A stretch of 64,000 bases of DNA from Mytilus californianus (GCF_021869535.1 NW_026262679.1:125364001-125428000), one strand, 5' to 3'. Numbered from the stretch's first letter, positions 51,076 to 64,000 are shown. Made by a program: numbers and translations. Notes: generated by a model from the letters alone, not told the origin.

Positions 51076-51246
51076 AATGTTGAAGCAGGACAAACATTAA
51101 TTTCTGTCATATATGTGGAAATTTTTTAGACATTAAATCTTTTTTAAAAAAAATATGGTCCAGAAGTCCAGGATAAGCTGTCATAACTTTTTGTATATTA
51201 TATGTCATCATGGTTTAACTTTTCCTGGTCTTTCTCTATTTTGTAG

Positions 51247-51393
51247 AAGTGATTATAAGCCAGGTAGTATTACAGTATATGGTATGAACCTTAGACCAGA
51301 ACCTACAACAGTTGTCTTCACACAGTTTAAACCAGATGTTAAACTTCACTTATACTTGTTAGAACCTGTTGGTGTAGATAGCCTTAAGTCTCA
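51247..51393 (+). CDS. HPSE: Heparanase-like paralog 1, exon 9
   Basis: SDYKPGSITVYGMNL...HLYLLEPVGVDSLKS, then CA|GTAAGT. Confidence 0.9.
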
Positions 51394-52398
51394 GTAAGTT
51401 AGAACCTGTTGGTGTATATAGCCTTAAGTCTCAGTAAGTTAGAACCTGTTGGTGTAGATAACCTTAAGTCTCAGTAAGTTAGAACCTGTTGGTGTAGATA
51501 GCCTTAAGTCTCAGTAAGTTAGAACCTGTTGGTGAAGATAGCCTTAAGTCTCAGTAAGTTAGAACCTGTTGGTGTAGATAGCCTTAAGTCTCAGTAAGTT
51601 AGAACCTGTTGGTGTATATAGCCTTAGGTCTCAGTAAGTTAGAACCTGTTGGTGTAGATAGCCTTAAGTCTCAGTAGGTTAGGACCTGTTGGTGTATATA
51701 GCCTTAAGTCTCAGTAAGTTAGAATCTGTTGGTGTATATAGCCTTACGTCTCAGTAAGTTAGAACCTGTTGGTGTAGATAGCCTTAAGTCTCAGTAAGTT
51801 AGAACCTGTTGGTGTAGATAGCCTTAAGTCTCAGTAAGTTAGAACCCGTTGGTGTAGATTGCCTTAAGTCTCAGTAAGTTAGAACCCGTTGGTGTAGATA
51901 GCCTTAAGTCTCAGTAAGTTAGAACCCGTTGGTGTAGATAGCCTTAAGTCTCAGTAAGTTAGAACCTGTTGGTGTAGATAGCCTTAAGTCTCAGTAAGTT
52001 AGAACCTGTTGGTGTATATAGCCTTAGGTCTCAGTAAGTTAGAACCTGTTGGAGTAGATAGCCTTAAGTCTCAGTAAATTAGAACCCATTGGTGTAGATA
52101 GCCTTAAGTCTCAGTAAGTTAGAACCTGTTGGTGTATATAGCCTTAGGTCACAGTAAATTAGAACCTGTTGGTGTAGATAGCCTTAGGTCTCAGTAAGTT
52201 AGAACCCGTTGGTGTAGATTGCCTTAAGTCTCAGTAAGTTAGAACCCATTGGTGTAGATAGCCTTAAATCTCAGTAAGTTAGAACATGTTGGTGTAGATA
52301 GCCTTAAGTCTCAGTAAGTTAGAATCTGTTGGTGTATATATTAGCCTTAAGTCTCAGTAAGTTAGAACCTGTTGGTGTAGATAGCCTTAGGTCTCAGT
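51359..52398 (+). repeat. Tandem array, 40-bp unit, ~26 copies, spanning the exon 9 splice donor
   Basis: Unit TTAGAACCTGTTGGTGTAGATAGCCTTAAGTCTCA|GTAAG = last 35 nt of the exon plus 5 nt of intron. Confidence 0.96.
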
Positions 52399-53335
52399 AG
52401 ATTTTTACCTTAAGAGATAAGGGTTTCTCTGCTATCTTAATAACAAGAAAAATCAGAACATGGGAAAAATCAACTTGTCAAAAAAGAGGGCTCCAACATG
52501 GTCAAATCAGACCTTGTGAACTGGTCTCATTTAAAAGGACCTGTGACCTTAAGGGGGAACCTCAACAGAAAAGCTGGTAATTTGTAATGATTTTAAACAT
52601 GAATGTGAACCTGGTTACTTGAGCTGAAATTAAAGCAATGTTTGTGTGTTTTATGGATTTAAATCAGTATGTCATCTCAACTGCCTTTTAATTGTCAGTC
52701 ATGAATGACATGATTTCAATCATTTTTGGTTGGACTGGACAAAGTCCAAAACCGGCTTATAGTATGGTGATGTCAGGCGGGTGGGTCAACAGGAAAATTC
52801 ACACGAAGATTGTACATATGTTGAAGTTGTGCACCTGCTATTATGGAATCTCTTTAGGAATTTTTTCTCATTTTTCCAGACTTGGGAACTTAGTCAATCG
52901 TCAGCAAGATTAATGAAAGAGGGTACAAGTTTTGTGTAATCAACTTCTCCCACAGTCTTCAACCCATTTCCATGAAACTTCACAGGAAGATTGTAAACAT
53001 TCTACATTGATCAGTCACAAATATTGTAACCCAGTCATTTGAAACATGACCCATTTTTAAAGAATAAACAAAGAATTTGATTTCAGTCAGAAAAATCTTT
53101 GTGAATCTTGTATATTTCTTTGTATTTGATTTGTGCCCTTTGTAGCCAAATATGTCAACAAGTCATTGAAAACCTTTCCAGAATTTTCATTCTTTACTGC
53201 ACAATCAAACAATTACGATCCAAGAAAATAATTAGAATAAAATACCCTTTTCAAATTAAGAAACATAAATTTAATGTCAATTTGGCAATTTTTATACCAT
53301 CACAAATTATCAGTGATTTTTTTTTCTATTTACAG

Positions 53336-53501
53336 AACAGTTGCTTTAAATGGTAGAACTTTGAGCCTGAATCCTGATTTTTCATTACCAAGTATGGACT
53401 ACCCTGAAGTTGTTACTTCTAACTTTACATTCCCTCAACAGTCTTTTGGGTTCATTGTTATACCTGAAGCTAATGTTGCAGCTTGTAAAGTGAGCAGTTG
53501 A
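53336..53501 (+). CDS. HPSE: Heparanase-like paralog 1, last exon (10)
   Basis: TVALNGRTLSL...FTFPQQSFGFIVIPEANVAACKVSS*. The ten exons sum to 1503 nt = 500 aa plus stop, with all phases compatible. Confidence 0.92.
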
Positions 53502-53975
53502 TGAAAATAAAAACACAACTTGAACAGATGTTAAGCTAAAACGTTGCAGTTGCATCAGATGTATTAAAGAAAGATTTATAACTTACATCCGATGACAGTT
53601 TAAGAAAGGTTTTCCTGAGATTGCAATTAAAATGATAATTTGGCTGCCAATGTTTTTCTGTACAGCATCATATTAAACAGTATAGTTGTTTAGGTTCATG
53701 GTACCATTTTTCTGAATCAAAGGAATTTTTTCAGAAAGAGGAAAATAAGGAGAAATAAGAACTGAAGCTGAAACAGGATGAAGTATTGTATACTGCATTT
53801 CAGTGGTGCTCAATGCAACATGTTTATACAAATGTTTATTTATGTTCATGGTTCTTTGTTATTGTTGATTTGAAGCTAATTTTTATAACCAATATTTTTT
53901 TTTCATATGCTTTAATGTTTAATGTAAAAGTAATTCACTACAGAATATTGATTGGCTCAAAGGAAACATTAAAAC

Positions 53976-54129
53976 CAGGGGTGGATTCAGGTAGGGGCGT
54001 GTGCCCCCCCCCCCCCCCCCCCCCCCTGAAATTTGCAAAGCATGGGTTGTCCTCAGCTTAATAAAGAATTTTTATTTTAAAAAAATTTAAGTTTGCGCCC
54101 CCTATTCTAAAATCCTGGATCGGCCTCTG
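53976..54129. mobile_element. Short MITE with poly-C tract
   Basis: Imperfect TIR CAGGGGTGGATTCAGG / CCTGGATCGGCCTCTG; AAAAC on both flanks. Confidence 0.55.
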
Positions 54130-57100
54130 AAAACTTGTTTGATGTTCTATAATAATACTTTCATTTTTGTAGTAACTACTAAATATGAACAGTTTGTCAT
54201 TTTGCATATCAAATCCATGATCCATTCATCTCTTAAGTTCTTCCATCTGAAACAAAACCACTTAATTTGCAATATTAGTTTGTTTATTATTTAAGAATTA
54301 GTATTCAATAAAATATTTAACAACTGTTAAGCTTAGGACTTTTATAGTCCTTTCCAATTGGCAGTTACAGACAGAGCTTATAGCACTTCAAAAATTAGAT
54401 TGATTATATCAGCCTAATGTCTTCATATTGTCCCTATTAAAAAATCAGTATTTTTTACAAATTTGTAACAGTTGAAGTTATTTTTTCAATTGGCAACTCT
54501 TACAATTCAGAACTGTTATACACCTTTTTAATGTTACAGTCCAATTAATGCTTTTCTTCCTTTCATTTTGAGCTAGTACATATTTATTTCTAATACCCCT
54601 TCAATTCGACCAAATTAATATTTTGTTCTATCAGATATATACTTATCATGTAAAATTTTGAGAACATCTGATTACTTTTCCAGCATTGTTTTTGTTTACT
54701 TTTTTTTATGTGTTTTTGCATCCCATATGCAGTACAATGACAGTTAATTGAATTGTTGCAATATTGTTCCATTCCCTTTAGATGTATATTATGTTACATA
54801 CAAATACAGTAACTGGAGTGTAATAAACAATAGATATTGAAAATTAGATAGCCAATACCCTTCAATCAAACCATCATGTTCAAACAATTCTTTTGTAATT
54901 TTAAATTTCTACATATTCAATTTTTGTACTTAATATTCCGTGTTCTGTACTACATGTATTGTATATTTTAAGATGTATTGTATACCATATTCAATGAATT
55001 TTTCAATCGATAAAATGTATGGCAGTTAGTTTGACATACTTTGTGTGTTGTAATGTTTGTGATATTTTCCTATGCATAACATTCAGATATTTACTGTGCC
55101 CATATTATGGTCTATTTACTCAGATCTAGTCTTTTTGTATAAGACAGACACATTTTATCAGAGATCTATTGTTATTGTATTGTCTTAATAACTGGTCATC
55201 ACCTTTTTGTGCAGACCACTTTAGTTTCTGTGTCATTCCAGATATTTTTATGGAAATAATTTGAAAGAAAAAATTGCATAAAGAAGTTTATTGTCATTAT
55301 TAGCATTTTTCTTTAATCCTTAGAAATATTATTTTAAAAAATCTGTTTCATATCAAGAGTTTTGTTATAGTTATCTCCCCTTTGGCAGTATTTAGATACA
55401 CCTTGTATTATGTTTTGTTGTAGTTATCTCCCATTTGACAGTATTTTGATACAACTTGTATTAAGTTTTGATTGTAATATTTTCTTTATTTCTTGAATGC
55501 TAAATGCTGGATGATATTCTAACATAATTTTCTATGCCAAGAAACAAATCCTCTGTATACAGACCCATGTTAAAAATATCATTTATTTACTATCAGCATA
55601 AACAGACCAATGCTATAAATTTCTCTTATGCAGGGTTGTTTGAAAACTAAAAATTTGAATGCAAAAAATACTTAATTTCAAAGTCATTTACTCTTTGAGG
55701 TTTCCAAATTCTAACTACAAATTACTTTTCGTCTTATGCATGTATAACTGTTTGCTATTCTTTTTTTTTGCAATTTCCAAATTTATATTTTATACAACAT
55801 ATGTTTTATAGATTATTTATTGACCTATCACTTTAGGGAATATTTTCTATTATTATTTGAAATAAAAATATATCTTCAATTGTCGATGGTTGTTTATGCT
55901 TTTATGTTAATTGAATTTCAAATTGTGGTAATAGGTTGATTATATTGACTGGAAACCTTGTACAAGATAACAGGTTGGTATAGGAGAGTCATATAACTAG
56001 GTTAAGGTTTTGCATTATCTTGTGTCTTAAAATTGTAATTTTTTTTTGTTCATTTGATATCATGTCAACAACATCGGTACATTAGATTGTTATTTTAAGT
56101 CAGCATCTTAAACAATTTTGTCTAACTGTAAATCTATCCATTCAAAACATGGTACCTAAGCTGACAGTATGCCCTCCTCAGGATGGGGGACCGTAGCTTT
56201 AGAAGTGGTATTTGCTTCCCCCTAGAGCTAACAGTCCTTAGGAGTTAATCAAGTGAAAAGTTAATTAGGAGAAAAGAAAAGTCAGCTAGGAATATAAGAG
56301 AAAAGAATGACATGGGAAAGGGTCCTCAACATACAAGTTTTGGTACAGGCTTGAAGTTGTGCAAAAATCCCACCTCATATAAGAAATTCATGACTCTTTC
56401 CCATATTTCAATAATACAATCTGTGACACCTTATTTAGATAGATGTAAAAGGACTGCAACATATGTCAATAAAAGTTTTAGCAGATACAGATGTTATCCA
56501 TATGGGATCATTTAAATTGATTAAAAATGTATGGAGTGGTGCAAAGTTTTTATAGACATCTTATCAGATGATGAAAATGTATGTCCAATTGACAAGTAAA
56601 TTACTATGCATTGATTCCATAAAGGATGAGCACACCCCCTCCACCAGGTAAAAAATTACAGGTCTTCGAGGAGTAAGAGTAATGTGTCTGTGTATTTTGC
56701 AATGACTTTCTGTAGACTTGTCATCTTGTGTGCAAGCAGTTTAAACATTTAGCTAAGTTTGTTTGAATAGTAAACCATATGTTTCAGGATTATATCACAT
56801 TAGTATGTTATTGTTCTAACATGCATATATTTACTTCCACAGGACATTCAGCATCAATTAATAAATTGAACATTTAATCTATTTTTGCGTGTAATATATA
56901 ATGTTTTATATATTCTACCATGGATAATATTCACCACTATCTATGCAATAACTCTTTTACTGTATAGCAAAGCTTGAAAAACTTTTTCAAACATATTATT
57001 GTCACTGATAAGGTTGATAACTTGAGGCTACATTTGCATGTGTAATATCCTAGAATATTGCACAATAACTTTTTGTTACATTCTGCAGGAAATATTGTAT

Positions 57101-58030
57101 AACTACATGTATACAATAAAAAATAATGGGGAAATGGGAAAAGAGGATATTGTGTGTAAATTCATGTCACAAATCCTTACAGACACTTTGAAAATCCACA
57201 GCTAAGGAATAGCACTTGTATTGCTGTCCTTCATCTCGAAAGTCAAAGTGAAGCCTTCAAAATGAGACAAAAACTTGTGCATCACTGTGAATTCAAGACA
57301 AATATACATGTAAACTGTAATGCATGGTTAAATGATTGGTCTAGAATTTTTTAGATCAGATAATTTAGTCCTACAATAGATCATGCACAATTTGATGCCA
57401 GTTAGGCATAATTTTAAGGTGAAAGTTTAAAAACCTACAAAAAATTAATATAAGTTTCATTAATAAAGGCAATTTAACACTTGGCTAGAAGTACATTTTT
57501 TGCATCATTCGTGATAAGTTTTGTTGTCAACAGTCAAGTTTGCAAGGTTTTAATGTAATATTTTATGGAATAGATATCTGATCCTTGCATTCATCAATGT
57601 TCTTATAAAGATCAGGATGTGCTTGTGTAAAATTTTATTCTTTTGCCCTTGTTGAAGTTGTTCTGCTGGACTGATTTCAGAACAAGAGGGAATACAAGTA
57701 TCTAATACAAATGGAACACACTTTAATTTTCAAAATTGACTCCTCCAAGAATTTTGCTAAATTCATGCATATATGCACTTTTTATGTGCAAGATTTTTAT
57801 ATTAGCCATGTTAGAAATGCAGAAGACATATACATGAAGAGTTCAATCTTCTCTTTTTTTTATGTTGGAAATTAAGTTTAAAAAAAAAGTGTAATATATT
57901 TATTTGATGCATAACTACATTTGTAAACTTTGATCTACTTATACACATTCTTCTGAGTTTCTGGTAATTAATAATCCCTGTTTACAACATTTTAACATAT
58001 TTACACTAACATCATGAACATAACTAAGGT

Positions 58031-59062
58031 TTATAATGGTCTAAATTGTAAAAACTTCAGTCTTAATTGTTCCTTAATTTCCTCGTCAGCAAAAATATGG
58101 TCAATGCTTCCAAAAGAAAGTTGCCAAATTTTATCCACACTAAGATCAAATGTTTTAGCTGCAATCTGATATTCCTCTGACAGAGTAGTATTAAATACAC
58201 CTTTATCATCTGTACAAATCACACATGGATGATTTCTCTGGTACCAGTTTAAAAAATGATGGTTGTCAAAGTTGGGAACAGTTTGGCCAATAACATTTGA
58301 TGTTAGACACAGTTCTAGAGGTATTTTATGTGTATACACATAGTCTGTCAATTCATCTGATCCTCCAACATCTGGGAGCAAACATGTACCATGACCTATT
58401 CTATTTGGTGGTAATTTTAGCATGGCCAGTGTCTCTTCAATATTTGGAACCTCGGCTAAATGGAGTGCTAGTTTTAATCCTGCTTGTTTAGCCTGCTCGA
58501 ACAATGGAATATAGTCTCTTGCATCTCCTACAGTAGGATCACCACTTAAATCCACCCCAATGACAATTCCATTACTTAAAGTTTTATATTTAGCGGCTAA
58601 TTCCACTGTTTCTTTTGCTACATCTATACCATTTCTCCTATCCACAGCTAAAATAAACTTAACAATTATGTCCAGGTCATTACAGTCTTGTATAGCTTTA
58701 ATCACAGCCTCAACATATCCCAACTTTGTCATGCCTGTTGCTTTAACTTCTCTTGGTGTACTTCTAAGTTCAAGATATTTTACATTCTCTGCTGCAAATT
58801 CATGAATAACATCATAAGTTATTGTATAAGCTGCTTCTGTATTATCGGACACTTGGTGTATCAATTTGAACATTTGAAAACAGTCATCCAATGTTGCAAT
58901 CTGGTCTTTCTGAAATGACAACTTATCTCCCTCACGATTTTTCTTTTTCAATAATTTCTTCATTGTTGTTTCACTAATTGATCCATTTATGTGTGCATGG
59001 AGTTCAATTTTAGGCATTTCGCAGCAGAATTCTGTTATCGATAAATCTTTCTGGGTGGACAT
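58031..59062 (-). CDS. ADAL: Adenosine deaminase-like protein (N6-methyl-AMP deaminase, ADAL/MAPDA), single-exon CDS, 343 aa
   Basis: ELHAHINGS, YLELRSTPR, GVDLSGDP, LHLAEV, RIGHGTCL, LELCLTSN, ICTDDKGVF: complete metal-binding set. The STPR, HLAEV and TDDKGVF variants are typical of ADAL rather than ADA. Confidence 0.92.
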   Translation of the reverse strand: MSTQKDLSITEFCCEMPKIELHAHINGSISETTMKKLLKKKNREGDKLSFQKDQIATLDDCFQMFKLIHQVSDNTEAAYTITYDVIHEFAAENVKYLELRSTPREVKATGMTKLGYVEAVIKAIQDCNDLDIIVKFILAVDRRNGIDVAKETVELAAKYKTLSNGIVIGVDLSGDPTVGDARDYIPLFEQAKQAGLKLALHLAEVPNIEETLAMLKLPPNRIGHGTCLLPDVGGSDELTDYVYTHKIPLELCLTSNVIGQTVPNFDNHHFLNWYQRNHPCVICTDDKGVFNTTLSEEYQIAAKTFDLSVDKIWQLSFGSIDHIFADEEIKEQLRLKFLQFRPL

Positions 59063-59210
59063 GGTTTACACATCAGTTCAATATTCAGGACAAAATTTTC
59101 AGGATGTAAATCTCGTTTCCTTCCCCCGCGTGTTATCGTCCCTAAGTAGAAAGACGGGAAGTTGAAGTTGGAAGCAGAGAGATGGAATAACAAATTCGAA
59201 CTGATTTCAC
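59063..59210. promoter_or_regulatory. Candidate promoter of ADAL, possibly bidirectional with heparanase paralog 2
   Basis: Local CpG enrichment in AT-rich DNA and an ETS-like ACGGGAAGT at 59154-59162, between head-to-head genes. Inference only. Confidence 0.35.
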
Positions 59211-59719
59211 CAATGTTGCAATACTGCCTATGTAAAAATCCTTCAACATTTGAACATTCATTCAGATAATAATCTATAGAGTTTTAAAATCAATGATATG
59301 TGCTGTCATTTGACATTTCATGAAAAAGTGGGAAAATTTCGTCTAAAAAAAAATTAAAATATTTTGCCACAAAAATTTTAAGAAATGTCCAGTTTAACAT
59401 GTTTAATAAACACTTGAAGTTTTGCATGCTGGTCAAGATGTCACCATGGTTTAGTTAATATTAGTAAGATTGTCATGGAGAGGAACACTGAGGGGGTATG
59501 TTACATTTGTATCACATTCAAGGAAAACATTCAATGAAATGATTCATATAAGGTCATATTTTTTTTTACATTAAGTTAATGGTAATAATAAGCTTCCAAA
59601 GCAGTGACATTTGTTAGCTACCGACATTATATATATGGATAGTGGACCTTCCCATTGATAAATACAAGTGCCTGTGTCTGATGGGTATATATATGTAGGA
59701 CACTACAGTGTGATGGGGG

Positions 59720-60615
59720 TGCTAAAACGCGATGGTCACGCTAAAGTGCAATGGTCAACACTAAGGTGCGATGGTTTGATACGCCAAAATTTGAGGTGTG
59801 TGCTGTTCAACAGAACACGCTAAAGTCCGATGCCTCAATACGCTAAAGTGCGTTTTTTCACGAATGTGCGTTTGTTCATGAAAGTAAGAAAGTTAGCAAC
59901 GTTAGCAAAATGGACCTGCTGGAAAACCAGAATATTTGTCCATTGTTTTTATAAGACAAAGAAAAAGAAAAAAGGAAAAAACAAATGATCCCATCAGGAA
60001 GTTTTGGTTGGTGCTGGAAGTGGTTAACTTGATTTGGCTAATTTGTGTTTACAAAAGGGCCTCAAAACGACCAGTGTAAAATAATTCAAACAAGAAAAAT
60101 AACGGCCTGACTTATATACAAAACAATAAACAAAAAACAAATATAAATACAGCAACAAACGATTACCACTGAATTACAGGTTCCTGGCTTGAAACAGGTT
60201 CAAAAAGTACATATTGGCTTCTGGAATGTAACCATTTCACTTTTTTAATAACTATTGTACATTAAATAAAAAGAAGATGTATCATTTTCAATGAGACAAC
60301 TATTCACCCAACACCAAATGTCGTTGATGTTTGCAACTAATAACCTAATGGCCTTCAACATGGAGTTTTGGCCAACGTCGCATAGGAAGTTATATAGGGC
60401 CACACAATGACCAGTGTAAAACAATTCAAAAGAGAAAGACAACGGCTTGATTTATAAATTAAACAAAAAAACGAAAAACTAACAGAAACACAGCAAAAAA
60501 CAGAAACCATTGCCTGAACACCATTTCCGTTACACCATCGCACTTTAGCGAGCTATACCATCACACTTTAGCGCATTATACCAACGCACTTTAGCGTGTC
60601 ATATAATCGCACTTG
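59720..60615. mobile_element. Fold-back/MITE-like element with inverted arrays of CGCTAAAGTGCGATGGT; boundaries unresolved
   Basis: About 5 copies at 59720-59852 and about 4 inverted copies at 60533-60615. Confidence 0.5.
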
Positions 60616-60654
60616 ATAAAACAAACGAGTTGTCTCCCTTGTCAGATAAATTGA

Positions 60655-61331
60655 TTTTTGATGAGTCTAAAGCAGGACATAGCGATCCTATATTCCGGCA
60701 TCGGCGGTATCAACATTTAGGTTCAGTCTGTGGTTAAAGTGTTTTTGGACATCAATAACTTTGTCAAACCTACATGGAATTAAATGAAATTTGGACAGAA
60801 GCTTGTTTATGACAAAAATACAGTATCAAGAGCAAAATTTTGAAAACATTTATTTTCATTTTTCCATAATTTACTGATAAATGGACTTATTTTTTTTACA
60901 TTTAACAAATAGATACAGTATAGGGTTAAAGTTTGTTACACATCAAATACTTTGTCAAACCTTCATAGAATTTTATGAAACTTTTTTATAATTAAGAGAT
61001 AATGTTTGGAGTACTGTGACTTTTGAAAATATATTTTCAATTTCAGTATTTTCTGGATTTTTTTTACAGTTTACATTTACTGACAGTCTGGGATTAATTT
61101 TTTTTGACATGATAAGTTTGTTAACCTTCATGGATTGTTATGAAACTTGGACAGAAGCTAATCTTCAAGACCAAGAAATAGCATCTAAAGAGAAAGTTGG
61201 AATCTTTTTTAACATTCTGTATTTTTCTGATAAATGGACTCACTTTTTAAGTCAACATTACACTTTTACACTGACAGCAGCAATAGTAGGAAAGACACAG
61301 GGTTCTGTGGAACCCCTTACAAATTTTTGTT
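60655..61331. mobile_element. Helentron/HINE-like element
   Basis: T-rich ends, CGGCATCGGCGG motif, internal degenerate repeats, 3' hairpin GGGTTC-TGTG-GAACCC (61300-61315). Confidence 0.5.
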
Positions 61332-61739
61332 ATTTGTAATTTCAATTTATTACCTCCTGCAATGTTCATGATGTTAGAAAGGTATACATTATAAAACAAA
61401 CATTGATTTTTTGCATCTGTATAAATATTTTAAACTCAATATGTGCCTTAATCAACTATCAAGCACAAAAAGAAAAGAGCTTTGTATAATTGCCAAAATC
61501 ATAAAAAATCAAAGAACATGTGAACAACTATCAAAAGCTACTTACACTTTATACATGTTATTTTCAGCACATTTTCTGAAAAAAACCCTAAAACAAAAAG
61601 GTAGAATAGAACTTAATTTCTTAAGAGGAGATTTGTAGTTGATGTCTTGAAATTTCATATGGTCATTAAACAGGGTAAAATTATACCTGAAAAAAGAATT
61701 AAAAATGTCAAATTGTGTCTTTCAGGAAAAGTAAAGCCT

Positions 61740-61921
61740 ATGGATTCTCAAGTGTGTGTGATAACCGTATGGTATTTACTATATATTGCTTACTCAAATG
61801 CAATAAAAACTAAAGTGTTTATTGATACAGACAATGTTATACAGACGATCCCAGACAGATTCCTAAGTGTTACCATAGATACAGCACAAATACAGGCAAA
61901 TTGGGCAACATTAAACTTCAG
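61740..61921 (+). CDS. HPSE: Heparanase-like paralog 2, coding exon 1
   Basis: MDSQVCVITVWYLLYIAYSNA...DRFLSVTIDTAQIQANWATLNF; 182 nt and phase 2, same as paralog 1; acceptor TTTCAG at 61720-61725. Confidence 0.88.
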
Positions 61922-63099
61922 GTATTTAATACCATATACTATAATAATAGATGCAGGAAAATTGGTTAACTTTTAAATCTTGGCATATATGTTACATTAA
62001 ATATGGTACAATCTGACAACATTCACTGAGGTATAAATAACATGATTATGGCAGAAATATTAAGAGAAATTAAAAACCAATTATTCAGAGAACAATTGAA
62101 GGTCTTTCCATCACACATGTCAATATTTAAGGTTTAAATGAACTATTATACAGATATATATTCAAAAACTTTTTATTAAGTACAAAATAGTAACCTGTGT
62201 ATAAAAAAACAGAGTCAGAAAATCACAGATTTCAAAGATGTATAGTTTGCAGTTCTTTTATTTCTAAATAAGAGAGATGATCATCTAATACCTGTTTATA
62301 AAAGTAACATCTTGTGTCAACTGATAGTTTACTTTTTACTGACTCCAAAAATATATATATGTTTCTAGTTCCTTACAGTTTTACAAAATGCCACTCTTGG
62401 TTTCATATGATAGCTTATATGATACATTACTTCAAAAAATATATAATTTCTACATACTTTTCTTGAAAAAATGGAGATAATTTGCTACCTCTAGTTTAAA
62501 TATGCCACTTCAGGTTTCATGTGATAGGTTAATTCACACTGATTCTAAATATTTGTGGTATCTAGGTACATGTACTTTTATATGAAATTAGTTTTAAAAT
62601 GGTGACTTACAGTTTACAAGAGGTCACTTTCTGGTTGACCTTTGTCAAGGTCATATGTCATCCAACCTAATACAAAAGACCTAATGTCTTTATCATGCGC
62701 CAGTATGAAGTTATAGCAAATGTCAAAATCTGGAATGTCAAATTGATGTTTGACCTCCACCTCAGTTTCAAGATCAAAGTTACCAGATATGGATCTTGAA
62801 TTAAAAGACCCATGGTTATCCTACCACAAAGATTATTTTAAATAAAGAATTATTATTATTATTATAAACTCAACAACATTGAACTTATGTAAACATTACC
62901 AAAAATACAGCACAAATCTGGCAAACTAGGCAACATGTTTAAGTATATTATCATTGAGTATATACAAATAATAAAATCCTTAGTGATTCTGCTTGGATAC
63001 AGCTATAAACAGACAGTTGTATCAAAATTGTTTCATTTTGTGGCTTTAAGTTTTGTCAATTTTAACATCATTAACCACTTTGAATTTATTTTGTTTAAG

Positions 63100-63332
63100 T
63101 TCTCCAAAGATACAGCGCCTAGCTCGAGGTTTAGCACCATGTTATCTTCGTGTAGGTGGATCATCAGCAGACTTTTTACAATTCAATCCTGGGGTACAGA
63201 GAGACAAAAACATTCAAAGATCAGAAGAGGAATATCTAAAATTCAGTCCATATGCAAAGAGAAACATTCAATATGAAGATAAGCTTACTGATGCATTTGA
63301 AATTCAGAAATTAAAAAATTTTACCATGTCAG
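63100..63332 (+). CDS. HPSE: Heparanase-like paralog 2, exon 2 (gene continues beyond window)
   Basis: [30 protein letters not shown]...QKLKNFTMS, then G|GTAATT; same phases as paralog 1 exon 2. Confidence 0.9.
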
Positions 63333-64000
63333 GTAATTAATCAAGTGATGTCTAAACTAATGCTTATATTGATGGCATTTCTACCATTGGATGTAGGAGT
63401 ATTGAAGTCACAAAAAAGTTCACTCAGCTACATGTGTTTTGATAAAGATATTCAAAAGTTATAGACAATTGTTGATGGTCATTAAAAATTCATTTAGCAA
63501 CATGAGTTTGAAAAAAGAGATATAAAAGTTATTGACAATTGTTGAAGGTCACACAAAATTCCTATGTAAAAATTTATCACAGACACAAGGTTTATTAATT
63601 AGCATGTCAGATGCACATTAAGTCTACATTAGAATAATTAATTCGTAGTGGTGCTCGAAAGCAAAACAAGTAGGAGACCTAATCAATTACAAAGTTGAAA
63701 AGCATTGAAAACCAAAACTCCATGTCATTACTCTGATTATTTTAAGATGGGACATATTTTTGATTTTTAGGAAAGCAATGGTTCTTTAGATGATAAAATG
63801 ACTTGTTTAAACTATAAAACACCATTTGAATCATTTACTACCAACTTTTTATGTGTTATTTGCTGTAACAGTAACCTGATTATACGTGTTTCTCTCCACC
63901 TTGAAGTTCAATCAAAATTCTGACCAAATTGCAATTTGTTTCATCAAATCAAACTCTTCAACATGTCAGAATTTTTAACCAACTGCTATAGAAAAACCAG

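Noticed and set aside
53502-58030. 4.5-kb TE-poor stretch as a hidden gene or ncRNA
   Set aside because: No credible ORF or structure. It is most simply the 3' UTRs and spacer of the two convergent genes, which cannot be delimited without RNA data.
63650-63730. Third hammerhead candidate
   Set aside because: Retrozyme-family flank is present but the CTGATGA/GAAA core is missing.

Overview
AT-rich eukaryotic (intron-containing) genomic DNA. The repeat families suggest a bivalve mollusc, probably a Mytilus mussel (inference). Three host genes are supported. (1) A complete 10-coding-exon heparanase-like GH79 gene on + (29056-53501, 500 aa reconstructed by hand, catalytic WELGNE and WLGETSS motifs intact). 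(2) An intronless ADAL/MAPDA-like deaminase on - (58031-59062). (3) The first two coding exons of a second heparanase paralog on + (61740-63332), which runs off the window. The rest is dense in mobile DNA: several Penelope-like (Naiad-type) RT elements, hammerhead-ribozyme (retrozyme-like) repeats, a full-length piggyBac with an intact transposase, a CACTA element with a 3-bp TSD, Kolobok-like MITEs, five Helentron/HINE-like elements, an L1/Tx1 relic, SINE heads and tandem arrays (16-18, 40, 41, 46, 64, 74 and 166 bp units). Main highlights: a Naiad RT with an in-frame TGA at a normally Cys position plus a well-formed type II SECIS just after its stop, i.e. a candidate selenoprotein-encoding retroelement; and repeated duplication of exon 3' ends with their splice donors in the heparanase gene. 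All coordinates were read by eye and no searches were run.
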